Positions 26,816 through 37,207 of a stretch of DNA of 48,938 nt are shown piece by piece. This stretch comes from Candidatus Omnitrophus sp. GTDB lineage: Bacteria > Omnitrophota > Gorgyraeia > Zapsychrales > Fredricksoniimonadaceae. The notes under the pieces are model-generated. The model did not search any database. It was not told the origin of the DNA and saw nothing but the letters and a program-made list of their open reading frames with translations. A program made the translations under genes and the position numbers. The DNA lies in assembly GCA_020719005.1 (NCBI GenBank), contig DYQZ01000002.1, positions 1 to 48,938 on the forward strand, in the 5' to 3' direction. Numbering within the stretch: position 1 is the first letter of the stretch; the number at the start of each line of letters is the position of its first letter.

Positions 26816-27857
26816 TCAAAACCTCACATGCTTTATGTGTTACTAAAACCATTTCTTCTAACCGAACACCATACTTCTTAGGGAAATATACCCCAGGTTC
26901 AACTGTTACAACCATATTTTCCACCAATATCGCTCCACTTTTAGCAGAAAGCCTTGGCATTTCATGAATATCAAGACCAACCCCATGCCCTAATGAATGC
27001 CCGAAATACTTATCCCATCCATACTTCTTCAAGTATTTCCTGGCAGCCGCATCAACATCTTTGGCCAATACCCCCGGCTTCACCAGACGTATCGCTTCCC
27101 ACTGTGCATCTTTAATGATAGAAAGAGCTTTACTGAAAGAAGGCGTCATTTTACCCAAAAAGAACATACGTGTCAAGTCGGACTTATAGCTATCTTTCTC
27201 GATCCCTAAGTCAAGCAAAAGAGGCTCTCCCATAAGGAGTTTACGCTCTGTGACCTTAGCGTGAGGCAATGCCGTATTGGGTCCTGAAGCAATAATAGGG
27301 TCAAAAGAAAAACCCACCCGTCTTCTGCGAACAAAACCTTCTAAAAGGACAAAAATGTCTTTTTCACTGAGACCCGGCTTTATTCTAGACCCGATCCATG
27401 AAAAAGCTTCAAGATTGATCTTGATCGCCTGACGGATGATCGAAAGCTCATCCGCGTCCTTGACCATCCGCAAGCACTCAACTGGGCTTTGCAAAAGCTT
27501 AAGCTTGATCTTTTGGGAACACAGCGCCTTGAAGCGCTGATACTGCCCCAAGTTCAAGCGATTCTCGTCAACCCCGATATTAGCCACTTTAGAACGCTCA
27601 GCCAACATCACGATCGATCTGAAAATAGAATCTTTGAACTGGACCACAGAAAAAGCATCCCCAGCCAATGCCGTCGACGCCTCCTGGGTATAACGAAAGT
27701 CCGTCACATAATAAGCGTGCTTCTGAGTAATAAAGAGCCACGCATCATGGGAAGGATATGAGGAAAGATAAGAAACATTCGTATCATCCGTTACCAAAAG
27801 AGCGTCGACCCCGAAGCCTTTTAATAACATCCTTAGACGTGAAAGTCTAACGTTCAT
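26787..27857 (-). CDS. pepP: Xaa-Pro aminopeptidase (M24 family)
   Basis: Creatinase-like N-domain plus the M24 core ([27 protein letters not shown]). The ATG at 27857 is preferred over the start at 27893. Confidence 0.85.
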   Translation of the reverse strand: MNVRLSRLRMLLKGFGVDALLVTDDTNVSYLSSYPSHDAWLFITQKHAYYVTDFRYTQEASTALAGDAFSVVQFKDSIFRSIVMLAERSKVANIGVDENRLNLGQYQRFKALCSQKIKLKLLQSPVECLRMVKDADELSIIRQAIKINLEAFSWIGSRIKPGLSEKDIFVLLEGFVRRRRVGFSFDPIIASGPNTALPHAKVTERKLLMGEPLLLDLGIEKDSYKSDLTRMFFLGKMTPSFSKALSIIKDAQWEAIRLVKPGVLAKDVDAAARKYLKKYGWDKYFGHSLGHGVGLDIHEMPRLSAKSGAILVENMVVTVEPGVYFPKKYGVRLEEMVLVTHKACEVLSGDSDHRSE

Positions 27858-28290
27858 TGATGATCCCGATAGCCGCAAGAAGGCCGAGGACATAGCTTTC
27901 TACACCGAACCCGCTGATCTGCCCGACTGCAGCAGGCGCGATCAAAGACTGATGCCTGAATTCTTCACGCTTATAAATATTAGATAAATGAACCTCAACG
28001 ACCGGAAGTGCGACAGCCGAAACAGCATCGCGGATCGCCACACTCGTATGGGTATAAGCTGCCGGATTGATCACGATCGCACTAAAGCCGTCAACCCTGG
28101 CCTTCCCGATAACATCAACGATCGCACCCTCATGATTGGACTGAAAAGAAACAAGCTCCACATTCTTTTCTTTGGCGATCTTCATGAGCTTCTGGTCAAT
28201 ATCAACAAGCGTTGTTGTCCCGTATACAGACGTTTCACGCTCCCCGAGCAAATTAAGATTAGGCCCGTGAATAACAAGTATTTTTTTCAT
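27847..28290 (-). CDS. aroQ: Type II 3-dehydroquinate dehydratase
   Basis: [32 protein letters not shown] and EVHLSNI motifs. Confidence 0.95.
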   Translation of the reverse strand: MKKILVIHGPNLNLLGERETSVYGTTTLVDIDQKLMKIAKEKNVELVSFQSNHEGAIVDVIGKARVDGFSAIVINPAAYTHTSVAIRDAVSAVALPVVEVHLSNIYKREEFRHQSLIAPAAVGQISGFGVESYVLGLLAAIGIINER

Positions 28291-28318
28291 ATCCCTCCGC
28301 TCTCGTCGTCGCCTCGAC

Positions 28319-28480
28319 CTATTTTACCGCCTCATCCACTAACATCACCGGGATCCCATCACGCACAGGATACTTAAGCGCACATTTTGGGTCCGTGCAT
28401 ATGATAACGTCGTCTTTTTGCGTTACATCCGACTGACATGCGGGGCATGCCAGGATATCTAGCAAATGTTTATCGATCAT
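28319..28480 (-). CDS. Trm112/YcaR (UPF0434) family small zinc-ribbon protein (absent from the ORF track, 53 aa)
   Basis: Hand translation: [53 protein letters not shown]. Strong SD (GAGGGGGAG) 4 nt upstream of the ATG. Confidence 0.75.
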   Translation of the reverse strand: MIDKHLLDILACPACQSDVTQKDDVIICTDPKCALKYPVRDGIPVMLVDEAVK

Positions 28481-28501
28481 TTTCTCCCCCTCATCAAGAA
28501 A

Positions 28502-28939
28502 TTACAGCTCAAGCTTTCCTTTTTTGGTCGCCTCAACATATTTCATCTGCAGTTCATACAAAGAAGCTGTCAGCATATTCTCTTCCTGCGGATTTAAATT
28601 ACCCTTTGTTTTCTCCTTAAGGAGCACCAGCGTATCAATGAGGAACTTTGCCTGACGCAAATTTGTTTCCTGTTTGCCAGTCATAGGATTCGGGATCTCA
28701 CCAACAAAGATCATGGCCTGATACCCCATGGACATAATATAATTGAGAAAACTGACCTTCATCTCACCGCCATGATCCTGGCCGCAACCACAATCATCAT
28801 CAGAACCACACCCTTCAGAACTACAGCCTTCTGAGCCGCAGCCATCCGCACAACTACCGGAAGAACAGCAACCGTCTTCAGATTTTTCACTCTTTACCGC
28901 ATCCTTCCACGATTCATCCACATGCTTCTCATTATCCAT
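28502..28939 (-). CDS. DUF1844 domain protein with N-terminal Cys/Asp/Gly-rich segment
   Basis: FLNYIMSMGYQAMIFVGEIPNPMTGKQETNLRQAKFLIDTLVLLKEKTKGNL matches DUF1844, from memory. The N-terminal segment is CCSSGSCADGCGSEGCSSEGCGSDDDCGCG. Confidence 0.7.
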   Translation of the reverse strand: MDNEKHVDESWKDAVKSEKSEDGCCSSGSCADGCGSEGCSSEGCGSDDDCGCGQDHGGEMKVSFLNYIMSMGYQAMIFVGEIPNPMTGKQETNLRQAKFLIDTLVLLKEKTKGNLNPQEENMLTASLYELQMKYVEATKKGKLEL

Positions 28940-29022
28940 AAAACACGCCTTTCATTTTTTTATTTAGGAACACCATGCTACCAAAAAAAGCCCTCTTTTC
29001 AAATAAAACAGTGTGGGCCGGC

Positions 29023-29697
29023 TCATTCTTCCTTATACTGAAAAGAGATCGACACATTGAACGTTAATTCAGGATAATTCAGATCTTGCGGGAAGGGCGG
29101 GAAAGGTCCCGCTTCCTGAACGCTCTTAACCCCCACATTCTCGAGGAACTCATTCGCTGTTGTTTTATCTGGCAGGATCTTTAATTCCACCAATGTCCCA
29201 TCAGACCTGATAATAAAAGTCAGATAAACTTCGCCTACGCTCAATTTTGTATAATTCGTATAAGCGCGTTCCCGGATACGGTCACGGACGATCTGATAAT
29301 AAGTCACATAAGACGGCGTATTGATCTTTTCCGACTTTAACATCGGAACAGCAACCTCTTTGGTGACCTTGATCCCCTTGATCCTTTCAGGCTTGCGATC
29401 GAACATCTTGAAACTGTCCCCCATATCCCCGGCTTCCTTAAAAATATCCTCTGAGGACGGAGGCTGAGGAGGCGGCATACCCATCGCATCTTTCCTGGGT
29501 GCGATCGATTCTACTTTACGCGCAAGCATTTCGCTCTCCGAAACTTTCTGCACAGGTCGCTCGATCTTATAAGACACTTCCGGGTCCTTTTTCACAACAT
29601 GCCGGAGTTCCTGTTTCGTCACATAGAAACGCGTGAACACCGCCAAGTGTGCCACCAGCGAGAAAATGATCGCAATACGAAATATTTTATCTTCCAT
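29023..29697 (-). CDS. TonB-like energy transducer family protein
   Basis: N-terminal TM anchor, a Pro-rich spacer (MPPPQPPSSE), and a C-terminal TonB_C-like fold ending YPELTFNVSISFQ. Confidence 0.55.
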   Translation of the reverse strand: MEDKIFRIAIIFSLVAHLAVFTRFYVTKQELRHVVKKDPEVSYKIERPVQKVSESEMLARKVESIAPRKDAMGMPPPQPPSSEDIFKEAGDMGDSFKMFDRKPERIKGIKVTKEVAVPMLKSEKINTPSYVTYYQIVRDRIRERAYTNYTKLSVGEVYLTFIIRSDGTLVELKILPDKTTANEFLENVGVKSVQEAGPFPPFPQDLNYPELTFNVSISFQYKEE

Positions 29698-29706
29698 AGG
29701 GATACA

Positions 29707-30372
29707 TCAACGAACGAACATTTCACGGATAATATAAACAATGAACCTGGCTGTATCAAAGAAAGGATTGATCTTGCTTTGCTCTCCGGCGTAGATCGTG
29801 CGCACCGGGACAGACGCGATCCGGTATTTCTTTTTACTGGCCTTGATCAAAACCTCGGATTCGATCTCGAATGCCGAAGATGATAACTGTATATTCTTCA
29901 ACACCTCTGTTTTGATCAAACGAAATCCGCACTGCGTGTCATAGATCTTTTGACGACATACAAGCGAGATCAAGCCCGACATGATCTGATTGGTCAGGAA
30001 TCTTACAAAAGGCATACCTTTGTGGTCTGTCATACGGTTCCCGCAGATCACATCCGGTTTTTTCTCTGCATAAAGACCTATAAAACCATCCAAGTCCGCC
30101 ACCGCATGCTGACCATCACCATCCATAGTGATCAAGGCTTCATAATTCTGACTGATAATGTGATCAAATCCGCGTTGTAATGAAAAGCCCTTGCCTTGAT
30201 TCTTGAAATTCGTAAGTACACTTGCGCCATTAGCTCGAGCAACATCTGTCGTGCCATCAGCAGACCCATCATCAACGACCAGGACATCGATCCCTTTGGA
30301 ACGGGCTTCTTTAACAACAACGCCGATGGCCCTGGCTTCATTATACGCCGGTATGAGAATACAAATGTTCAT
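29707..30372 (-). CDS. Family 2 glycosyltransferase (polyprenol-phosphate sugar transferase-like)
   Basis: ILIPAYNE, VVDDGSADGT, and MDGDGQH (DxD) motifs. The ATG at 30372 has a GGAG SD. The track's GTG at 30390 is rejected. Confidence 0.85.
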   Translation of the reverse strand: MNICILIPAYNEARAIGVVVKEARSKGIDVLVVDDGSADGTTDVARANGASVLTNFKNQGKGFSLQRGFDHIISQNYEALITMDGDGQHAVADLDGFIGLYAEKKPDVICGNRMTDHKGMPFVRFLTNQIMSGLISLVCRQKIYDTQCGFRLIKTEVLKNIQLSSSAFEIESEVLIKASKKKYRIASVPVRTIYAGEQSKINPFFDTARFIVYIIREMFVR

Positions 30373-31222
30373 GGTCCACTCCAAAATCACGGAACATCAT
30401 CCACTGGGAAGGATCCTGACGGATCTTTTCTTCAATGACCAACGTAGAGCGTTCCATTAAAGAAAACACTTCATCCTTTTGGTCACGCGTCACATCCGGC
30501 TCAATGGCCGGATACAACGTTAATACATATTTTCCCTCCCCTTCAGGGATAAGGAAAACAGGAATGATCGGCGTGCCTGTTTTGTAAGAAAAAAAAGCTG
30601 CTCCTTTAGGGATCAATGTCTTTCGCCCCAAAAACATCATAGGCTCTCCGAAAGTACCAAAATCCCTGTCCCCCAAGAGCGCGATCAAACGCCCTTTTCG
30701 CAAGGCCTCCACACAACGTCTGACCCCGACATTAGGCGGCACCACGGTAACCCCATGCGCCTGACGCTGACGATTAAAAAGATCATTGACCACCCGCTCC
30801 TTATGAGGCAATGCGATGACCGTCAACGGATGCCCCATTTGGGCAAGCACGGCCGCCCCCATCTCCCAATTGCCAATATGAGCGGTCAGCATAATGACCC
30901 CGCGGCCTTTTTCAAGGGCTTGGGTCAAATGCTCGAAATGCTCAATACGCACATTTTCTTCAACGAACTTGCTGCTCACTTTATACATGAGAAAAAAGTC
31001 GACGAGATACTGCCCGAAATTCAAGAATACCGCACGCGATCTTTTATACACATCAGGACTCTTCCCTAAGATCTGACGCATATTACGTAGCACAGCCGCT
31101 CTATCCCGCGGTGAAAAACGAAACTGCAGATCTGATACAAAACGACCAAACGCATATGCCCAAGGGCGAGGAACACAATGAACGATCAGCTGGCCAAACT
31201 TATAAAAAAGATATTTCCACAT
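30341..31222 (-). CDS. Lipid A biosynthesis (LpxL/HtrB-like) lysophospholipid acyltransferase family protein
   Basis: About 290 aa with the HIGNWE catalytic motif and an N-terminal hydrophobic segment typical of this family. Confidence 0.8.
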   Translation of the reverse strand: MWKYLFYKFGQLIVHCVPRPWAYAFGRFVSDLQFRFSPRDRAAVLRNMRQILGKSPDVYKRSRAVFLNFGQYLVDFFLMYKVSSKFVEENVRIEHFEHLTQALEKGRGVIMLTAHIGNWEMGAAVLAQMGHPLTVIALPHKERVVNDLFNRQRQAHGVTVVPPNVGVRRCVEALRKGRLIALLGDRDFGTFGEPMMFLGRKTLIPKGAAFFSYKTGTPIIPVFLIPEGEGKYVLTLYPAIEPDVTRDQKDEVFSLMERSTLVIEEKIRQDPSQWMMFRDFGVDHEHLYSHTGV

Positions 31223-31251
31223 GCGCTTTTATTAAGAACCCTTTCAAACGC

Positions 31252-32382
31252 TTATCTTGGAATGCCACGCGCTATGACCAAACGGGCGATATCGTCCGCC
31301 GCATGAGGCTTGCCGCTTTCAAAAGCAGCTACGGACATCGCTTTTAGTCTTTGAGGCGATCTTAATAAAAGCTCAACCTCTTCGGCCAAATTCCTTATAT
31401 CATGGACATGAACAGCCACTCCTTTTTCCAACAAGAAATCCGTATTACGCGCTTCCTGCCCAGGGAGCGGTGTAATAATGACCATGGGAAGCCCTTTAGC
31501 CAGACATTCAGCCGTCGTCATTCCGCCTGACTTGGTCACGATCAACGTCGCTGCCTCCATTAATTCATCAATATTGCTCGCGTAATCATAACAAAGGATC
31601 TTTTTTGAACTCTTCAAAGACGCCTTCTTAAGCCATTTAAAAAGCTTCTGGTTCGACCCGGCAACAACGATAAGTTGCAACGACTCCTCGGAGGCGATCA
31701 ATGCCTTAACAGCCTCTTTCATGGATCCAAGCCCCTGACCACCCCCCATCACAAGAACAGTCGGAACATCTGCGGCAAGCCCTAGGCTTTCCCGGGTCTT
31801 TCGCTCATCTAAGCGCTCAGCGAACTTATAACGGATCGGGATACCGAAGACACGGATCTTATCCGCGGGAACACCTTTCTTTACAAAGCGTTCCTTGGTA
31901 TCTTCCGACGGAACAATATAATAGTCAACCCCCTCATTGATCCAGTAAGAATGTGGCGCAAAATCTGTCAACACCCCGACCAATGTGAAAGATAATTTAT
32001 TGGACGTCTTATAGTCCGCGACCATGCTGCAGGGAAAAGCCTGAGAACAAACAACCGTATCTGCCGGGAATTCCTTGAACAGCTTTGCCAGCTTTTTATG
32101 ACTGGATTTATTCAGAAACCGTCTCAGGTTAGCGGAACGCTTGACCACTTTGGGGTTATCATAAAGATAATCCCAAACCTTGGGCGTATGACGGATGACC
32201 GTCATATATGCGGCATTCACCACCTGCTCGAGGAGCGGATAATTATAACCAAATCCATTAATACTCATCACATCCGCGTCAGGCATGAACTTCTTCAAGG
32301 ACTTCGAGATCGCCATACTCGCCTGACGATGCCCGGACACTCTTGAAATATACATGAGTAAAACTTTACGTTTCTTTATCAT
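31252..32382 (-). CDS. MGDG-synthase/UgtP-like diacylglycerol glycosyltransferase (GT28)
   Basis: N-terminal SGHRQA motif and a C-terminal KSGGMTTAECLAKGLPMVIITPLPGQEARN block, similar to UgtP. Confidence 0.8.
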   Translation of the reverse strand: MIKKRKVLLMYISRVSGHRQASMAISKSLKKFMPDADVMSINGFGYNYPLLEQVVNAAYMTVIRHTPKVWDYLYDNPKVVKRSANLRRFLNKSSHKKLAKLFKEFPADTVVCSQAFPCSMVADYKTSNKLSFTLVGVLTDFAPHSYWINEGVDYYIVPSEDTKERFVKKGVPADKIRVFGIPIRYKFAERLDERKTRESLGLAADVPTVLVMGGGQGLGSMKEAVKALIASEESLQLIVVAGSNQKLFKWLKKASLKSSKKILCYDYASNIDELMEAATLIVTKSGGMTTAECLAKGLPMVIITPLPGQEARNTDFLLEKGVAVHVHDIRNLAEEVELLLRSPQRLKAMSVAAFESGKPHAADDIARLVIARGIPR

Positions 32383-32615
32383 ACTGGCTCGATATCCGCC
32401 AAGACAGTTCCGACAGACACTTCCTGGCCTTCATTTACGTAGATCTTTACCAAAACGCCCCCAACAGGCGCTGAAATACAAAAACTAGACTTGTCCGTTA
32501 CAAGTTCAACGATATCATCATCCGGCGTTACGGAACTACCGACGGTGAAATGCCACGCGACGACCTCAACCTTCCGAACACCCTCTCCCAGATCAGGAAC
32601 AACCAACTGTATCAT
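32379..32615 (-). CDS. Stand-alone lipoyl(biotinyl)-attachment domain protein
   Basis: 78 aa. PDLGEGV...VELVTDKSSFCISAPVGGVL...VGTVLADIE carries the lipoyl TDK motif. The start overlaps the lipB stop (ATGA). Confidence 0.7.
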   Translation of the reverse strand: MIQLVVPDLGEGVRKVEVVAWHFTVGSSVTPDDDIVELVTDKSSFCISAPVGGVLVKIYVNEGQEVSVGTVLADIEPV

Positions 32616-33283
32616 AAAGGAACGAACACTTTCTGAAAACTTTGTGTCAAACGGCTCACTGCCAATGCCCGATCGATCTTGATGCCAGTTGTGGCCTCGA
32701 CCGATGTCATTCGTACATTGAGCCCGCAAGGACGGATCACCCGAAAGGCACTAAGGTCATTCGTCACATTGATCGCTACACCGTGGAAGGTCACCCAGCG
32801 GGAAACACCAATACCAATGGATGCCACCTTATCGCGACCGATCCAGACCCCGCGACGCTCGTCGTCACCTTTAGCCACTATACCAAAACTTTCCAAGAAA
32901 TCAACGACAGCCTGCTCCAATTGATGCAGGTAAGAAATAATATCCCGCCCATTTCTTTTCAGCCCGATGATCGGATATGCCACAAGCTGTCCAGGCATAT
33001 GCAGTGTCACATCCCCGCCGCGGTCCGCCTTAACGATAGAATACCCTAGCCGCACCAACTCAGCCTCGGGGAAAAAAATATTCTCTTGTTTTGTCTTACG
33101 TCCAAGCGTGATGGTCAAAGGATGTTCGCACACAAAAAGCACATCCGCGCCGCCTGCGGCCACAATACGCACCTGTTCTTTTTGTCTTAGGAGCGCATCC
33201 CCATAAGAAATACATCCTAGATCAATGGTCTGCACAGCTTCCTCACCTCTCACCTGACCCAATAAAAACCCCGCTGAAAACAT
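32612..33283 (-). CDS. lipB: Octanoyl-[ACP]:protein N-octanoyltransferase
   Basis: CEHPLTITLGR, RGGDVTLHMPGQLVAYPI, and RPCG motifs. Confidence 0.9.
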   Translation of the reverse strand: MFSAGFLLGQVRGEEAVQTIDLGCISYGDALLRQKEQVRIVAAGGADVLFVCEHPLTITLGRKTKQENIFFPEAELVRLGYSIVKADRGGDVTLHMPGQLVAYPIIGLKRNGRDIISYLHQLEQAVVDFLESFGIVAKGDDERRGVWIGRDKVASIGIGVSRWVTFHGVAINVTNDLSAFRVIRPCGLNVRMTSVEATTGIKIDRALAVSRLTQSFQKVFVPL

Positions 33284-33336
33284 CCGCTTCCAACGGGGCT
33301 TGTCATGAACACATATTATCCTACAACAATGAAAAC

Positions 33337-34422
33337 CTATACCCTCAATTTACGGCAGATCGCCTCAGCCATTTCCTGCGTTCCAACAGCCGTCGGATCA
33401 TTACGGTCCATCTTAAGGTCGTAGGTAACATCCTTCCCTTCCTTGATCACAGCAAATACGGCTTTCTCCAGACGGTCCGCGGCCTTCATTTCACCAAGAT
33501 GCCTTAACATCATGATCCCGGAAAGAATGGTCGCTGTTGGATTGACCTTATTCTGTCCAGCATGTTTTGGGGCTGAACCGTGCACAGGCTCAAACAGTGC
33601 CGCCTCTGCACCGATATTCGCACCCGGAGCTATGCCAAGACCGCCGACAAGACCCGCGCAAAGATCAGATACAATATCCCCGTACAAATTAGGAAGAACA
33701 AGCACATCATACTGTTCAGGCTTTTGCACCAGCTGCATGCATAAATTATCAACAATAACATCCTCAAAAACAACCCTGCCTTCATATTCACGTGCGATCT
33801 CCTGCCCCATCCGAAGAAAAAGGCCGTCCGTGAATTTCATGATATTCGCCTTGTGGACCAGCGTTACCTTCTTGCGATTATTCTTAACAGCATATTCAAA
33901 AGCATACCGGATAATTCTCTTAGAACCGAAGATCGAGATCGGCTTGATCGAGATCGCAGAATCTTCACGCACCTTTCTTGAAGACATCCCGTTGATCACA
34001 CCGATCAGCGTCGAAGCCTCTTTAGAATTTACATCAAACTCAACACCAGAATAAAGATCCTCTGTATTCTCGCGGAAGATCACAAGGTCAACCTTGGTAT
34101 TCACCGCCTTGGTGCCTTCAATATACTTTGCCGGCCGGACACACGCATACAGATCAAGTTCCTGGCGAAGCTGGACATTCACCGAACGGAATCCCTTGCC
34201 GATAGGCGTCTCAATAGGCCCCTTGATCGCAACTTTATTCTTCTTGATCGAATCAATGGCGTCCTGAGGCAAAGGTGTACCGAATTTCTCGATCGCAGGA
34301 GCACCGACGATCTCTTCATCCCAAGTGATCTTGACGCCCGTCGCATCAATACATTTCTTCATGGCCAAAGCCACCTCCGGACCAATACCATCTCCCGGGA
34401 GCAGCGTTATACGGACTGACAT
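33337..34422 (-). CDS. Isocitrate/isopropylmalate dehydrogenase family enzyme, NAD-isocitrate dehydrogenase-like
   Basis: [32 protein letters not shown], and [10 protein letters not shown] motifs. Confidence 0.85.
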   Translation of the reverse strand: MSVRITLLPGDGIGPEVALAMKKCIDATGVKITWDEEIVGAPAIEKFGTPLPQDAIDSIKKNKVAIKGPIETPIGKGFRSVNVQLRQELDLYACVRPAKYIEGTKAVNTKVDLVIFRENTEDLYSGVEFDVNSKEASTLIGVINGMSSRKVREDSAISIKPISIFGSKRIIRYAFEYAVKNNRKKVTLVHKANIMKFTDGLFLRMGQEIAREYEGRVVFEDVIVDNLCMQLVQKPEQYDVLVLPNLYGDIVSDLCAGLVGGLGIAPGANIGAEAALFEPVHGSAPKHAGQNKVNPTATILSGIMMLRHLGEMKAADRLEKAVFAVIKEGKDVTYDLKMDRNDPTAVGTQEMAEAICRKLRV

Positions 34423-34438
34423 ATATATCCTCTTGTTC

Positions 34439-35509
34439 TTATTTTAATTTTCTGGAAAGGAATTGTTTTAACTCTTCCACATTCTTCGCATGGACCAACG
34501 CTGTATCAAGCGTAATTGCGCCTGCCTCAAAAAGTTCTTTCAGTGAACGGTCCATCGTGCGCATCCCGAACTGAGCACCGGTCTGAATGACGGTGGTGAT
34601 CTGCTCCACCGCGCGCTCACGAATAAGATTACGGATCGCTGGTGTCGCCATCATAACCTCGGTGGCAAGCACGCGCCCTTTACCGCTCGCATGCGGCAAT
34701 AAACGCTGGGATACAACACCTTGCAAACACGCGGAAAGCTGCTGGCGCACCTGCATCTGCTGATACGGCGGGAATACGTCAATAATACGTTCGATCGTCT
34801 GCGGAGCGTCCGGCGTATGCAGTGTTGCCAACACCAAGTGACCTGTTTCAGCCGCGGTGAGTACGGTCGATATCGTTTCAAGGTCGCGCATCTCACCGAC
34901 CACGATCACATCAGGGTCCTGGCGCAAACAACGCTTCAACGCTTCAGAGAACGAATTTGTATCACGATAAACTTCACGCTGTTTGATCACGGATTTCTTA
35001 TTTGAATGCAAGAACTCGATCGGGTCCTCAATGCACATGATCATCGCACGGCGCTCATTATTGATCATCTGGATGAGCGCTGCCAAGGTCGTTGTCTTTC
35101 CCATCCCTGTCGGCCCTGTCACCAGCACGAGACCGTTCATTTTACGCCCCAGCACTCCCACTGCTGCCGGGAGCTGAAGATCCTCGATCGTGGGTATAAA
35201 AAGCGGTATGCGGCGGAACGCGGCTTCAACACAATTACGCTGGATATGCACATTGATACGGAAGCGGTCCAGACCCGGCAATGCCAAAGAGAAATCAAGT
35301 TCGCGCTCTTCCTCGAACTGGATCTTCTGTGTATCGGTCATCACGCCGTAGATCATCTTCTTCAGCTCTTCAGCGGAGAGCGGAGACTCATTCATCGGCA
35401 CAAGATCGCCGTCGATACGAAGCACTGGCGGCATTTCGTTCGTCAAGTGAAGATCGGATGCATTACGATTGATGACAACGAGAAGGAAATCCCGAAGTTC
35501 TTTCGCCAT
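34439..35509 (-). CDS. pilT: Type IV pilus retraction ATPase PilT
   Basis: [15 protein letters not shown] Walker [12 protein letters not shown], and the PilT-specific [12 protein letters not shown] block. Confidence 0.92.
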   Translation of the reverse strand: MAKELRDFLLVVINRNASDLHLTNEMPPVLRIDGDLVPMNESPLSAEELKKMIYGVMTDTQKIQFEEERELDFSLALPGLDRFRINVHIQRNCVEAAFRRIPLFIPTIEDLQLPAAVGVLGRKMNGLVLVTGPTGMGKTTTLAALIQMINNERRAMIMCIEDPIEFLHSNKKSVIKQREVYRDTNSFSEALKRCLRQDPDVIVVGEMRDLETISTVLTAAETGHLVLATLHTPDAPQTIERIIDVFPPYQQMQVRQQLSACLQGVVSQRLLPHASGKGRVLATEVMMATPAIRNLIRERAVEQITTVIQTGAQFGMRTMDRSLKELFEAGAITLDTALVHAKNVEELKQFLSRKLK

Positions 35510-35517
35510 AAGGCCCC

Positions 35518-36684
35518 TTAACGGACCTTTTCGGTCCAGGCTTTGATGCGGTTAACACCTTCGCGAATACGCTCCTGCGAGGTGCAGAATGTAAGACGCA
35601 AGAAACCTTCAGCACCAAAACTATCCCCGGGGATAACAGCAACACTAACATCATTGAGGATGCTTTTGGCGATATCAGATGACTTGCCGAACTTCGAGAA
35701 ATCACAAAAAAGATAAAAAGCACCATCAGGTTTGATATAACTAACACCCGGGATACCGTCGATCAAAGACATCATGAGATCCCGTCTGACTTTAAATTCA
35801 TCACGCATTGCCTTGATGCCCTCTTCCGACGCCTTTAATGCCGCAACTGCGGCCTTCTGGCTGATCGAAGTCGGATTAGACGTGGAGTGATCCTGCAAAT
35901 TCTTCATATACCCCATGATATCCGCCGGACCTGCGGCATATCCGATGCGCCATCCGGTCATAGAATAGGCCTTGGATAATCCATTGATCGTAATGGTCTG
36001 ATCGTAAATATCTTTCCCTAAAGACGCAATAGAAACGAATGGCTCATCACTATAGATCAGCTTCTCATAAATATCATCTGAAATAACATAAATGCCGTGT
36101 TTAACACAGATATCAGCGATCGCCTGAAGTTCTTTCCTGGAATAAACAGAACCCGTCGGATTGGACGGTGAATTAAGGATAAGCATCTTCGTCTTGGGCG
36201 TAATACTGGCTTTTAATTGTTCGGGAGTAACGCGAAAATGTGTTTCTTTCGTTGTCTGGATATATTTCGGAACAGCCCCCGCGACCTTGACCATTTCAGG
36301 ATAACTTACCCAAAAAGGGACCGGAATAAGGACCTCTTCACCCGCGTCACAAAGCACCATCACCGCATTGAAAATAGAATGCTTGGCGCCGCACCCGACC
36401 ACGATCTGACCAGGTTTATACTCAAGATTGTTGTCGCGTTTTAATTTATCGCAAATTGCGATACGAAGTTCTTCCGTACCGCTGGAGGGGGTATATTTAG
36501 TAAAACCGCCGTTGATCGCATCAACGGCGGCTTTCTTAATGTAATCAGGAGTATCAAAGTCCGGCTCACCTGCCGCAAAACTCACCACATCAACGCCCTG
36601 ATCTTTTAGCTCTTTGGCGCGCGCTGTAATAGCAAGCGTTGTTGAACCGACGACCTCGGCAATGCGTGAATTTATTTTAGGCAT
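35518..36684 (-). CDS. Class I PLP-dependent (aspartate-type) aminotransferase
   Basis: NSPSNPTG and SKAYSMTGWRIGY (PLP lysine) motifs. 388 aa. Confidence 0.9.
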   Translation of the reverse strand: MPKINSRIAEVVGSTTLAITARAKELKDQGVDVVSFAAGEPDFDTPDYIKKAAVDAINGGFTKYTPSSGTEELRIAICDKLKRDNNLEYKPGQIVVGCGAKHSIFNAVMVLCDAGEEVLIPVPFWVSYPEMVKVAGAVPKYIQTTKETHFRVTPEQLKASITPKTKMLILNSPSNPTGSVYSRKELQAIADICVKHGIYVISDDIYEKLIYSDEPFVSIASLGKDIYDQTITINGLSKAYSMTGWRIGYAAGPADIMGYMKNLQDHSTSNPTSISQKAAVAALKASEEGIKAMRDEFKVRRDLMMSLIDGIPGVSYIKPDGAFYLFCDFSKFGKSSDIAKSILNDVSVAVIPGDSFGAEGFLRLTFCTSQERIREGVNRIKAWTEKVR

Positions 36685-36688
36685 GTTC

Positions 36689-37204
36689 TTAAGCCTTCTT
36701 TGTTTTTGGCTCCGCTTTTTTTGCAGGAGCCTTTTTTGTCTTAGGCTCTGCTTTCTTGGCAGGAGCTTTCTTTGCTTTAGTCTCTTTCACTGCTTTTGCA
36801 TCAACAACTTCGGCATCAACAACCTTAGATTCAGTTGTCACCGGTGTTTTCTCTGTCAATTCAAGCAAGACCATCTGTGCATTATCACCACCGCGATTAA
36901 GCGCGAACTTGATGATGCGCGTATAACCACCATGACGGCTAGCAAAACGAGGCGCGATCGTATTGAATAACATGCTGACAAGCGTGTGGTCACAAAGGAT
37001 CGAGAAGACCTGTCTTTTAGCAGCCAACGTCCCCTTCTTGCCCATGGTGATCAATTTATCAACGAGCTTGCGCGCTTCCTGTGCTTTTGCGCGGGTCGTT
37101 GTGATACGATCGTGTGTCAGAACGGCCTTTGAAAGATCCCGTACCGTCGCGGCACGCAAGGTCTGATTGCGACCGAATTTATTTCCAGAAAGACCATGTC
37201 TCAT
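36689..37204 (-). CDS. rplQ: 50S ribosomal protein L17 with Lys/Ala/Pro-rich C-terminal repeat
   Basis: MRHGLSGNKFGRNQTLR start. Tail AKKAPAKKAEPKTKKAPAKKAEPKTKKA. Confidence 0.95.
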   Translation of the reverse strand: MRHGLSGNKFGRNQTLRAATVRDLSKAVLTHDRITTTRAKAQEARKLVDKLITMGKKGTLAAKRQVFSILCDHTLVSMLFNTIAPRFASRHGGYTRIIKFALNRGGDNAQMVLLELTEKTPVTTESKVVDAEVVDAKAVKETKAKKAPAKKAEPKTKKAPAKKAEPKTKKA

Positions 37205-37207
37205 AAA

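Noticed and set aside
4609-32729. N-terminal extensions in the ORF track: 4635 (CheX-like), 7291 (uvrB), 8392 (rluA-like), 9646 (ExeA-like), 27893 (pepP), 30390 (GT2), 32729 (lipoyl domain)
   Set aside because: Most of these rely on TTG/GTG codons without an SD. They add residues absent from family N-termini, or they run through the upstream gene. Internal ATGs with an SD or stop/start coupling fit better.
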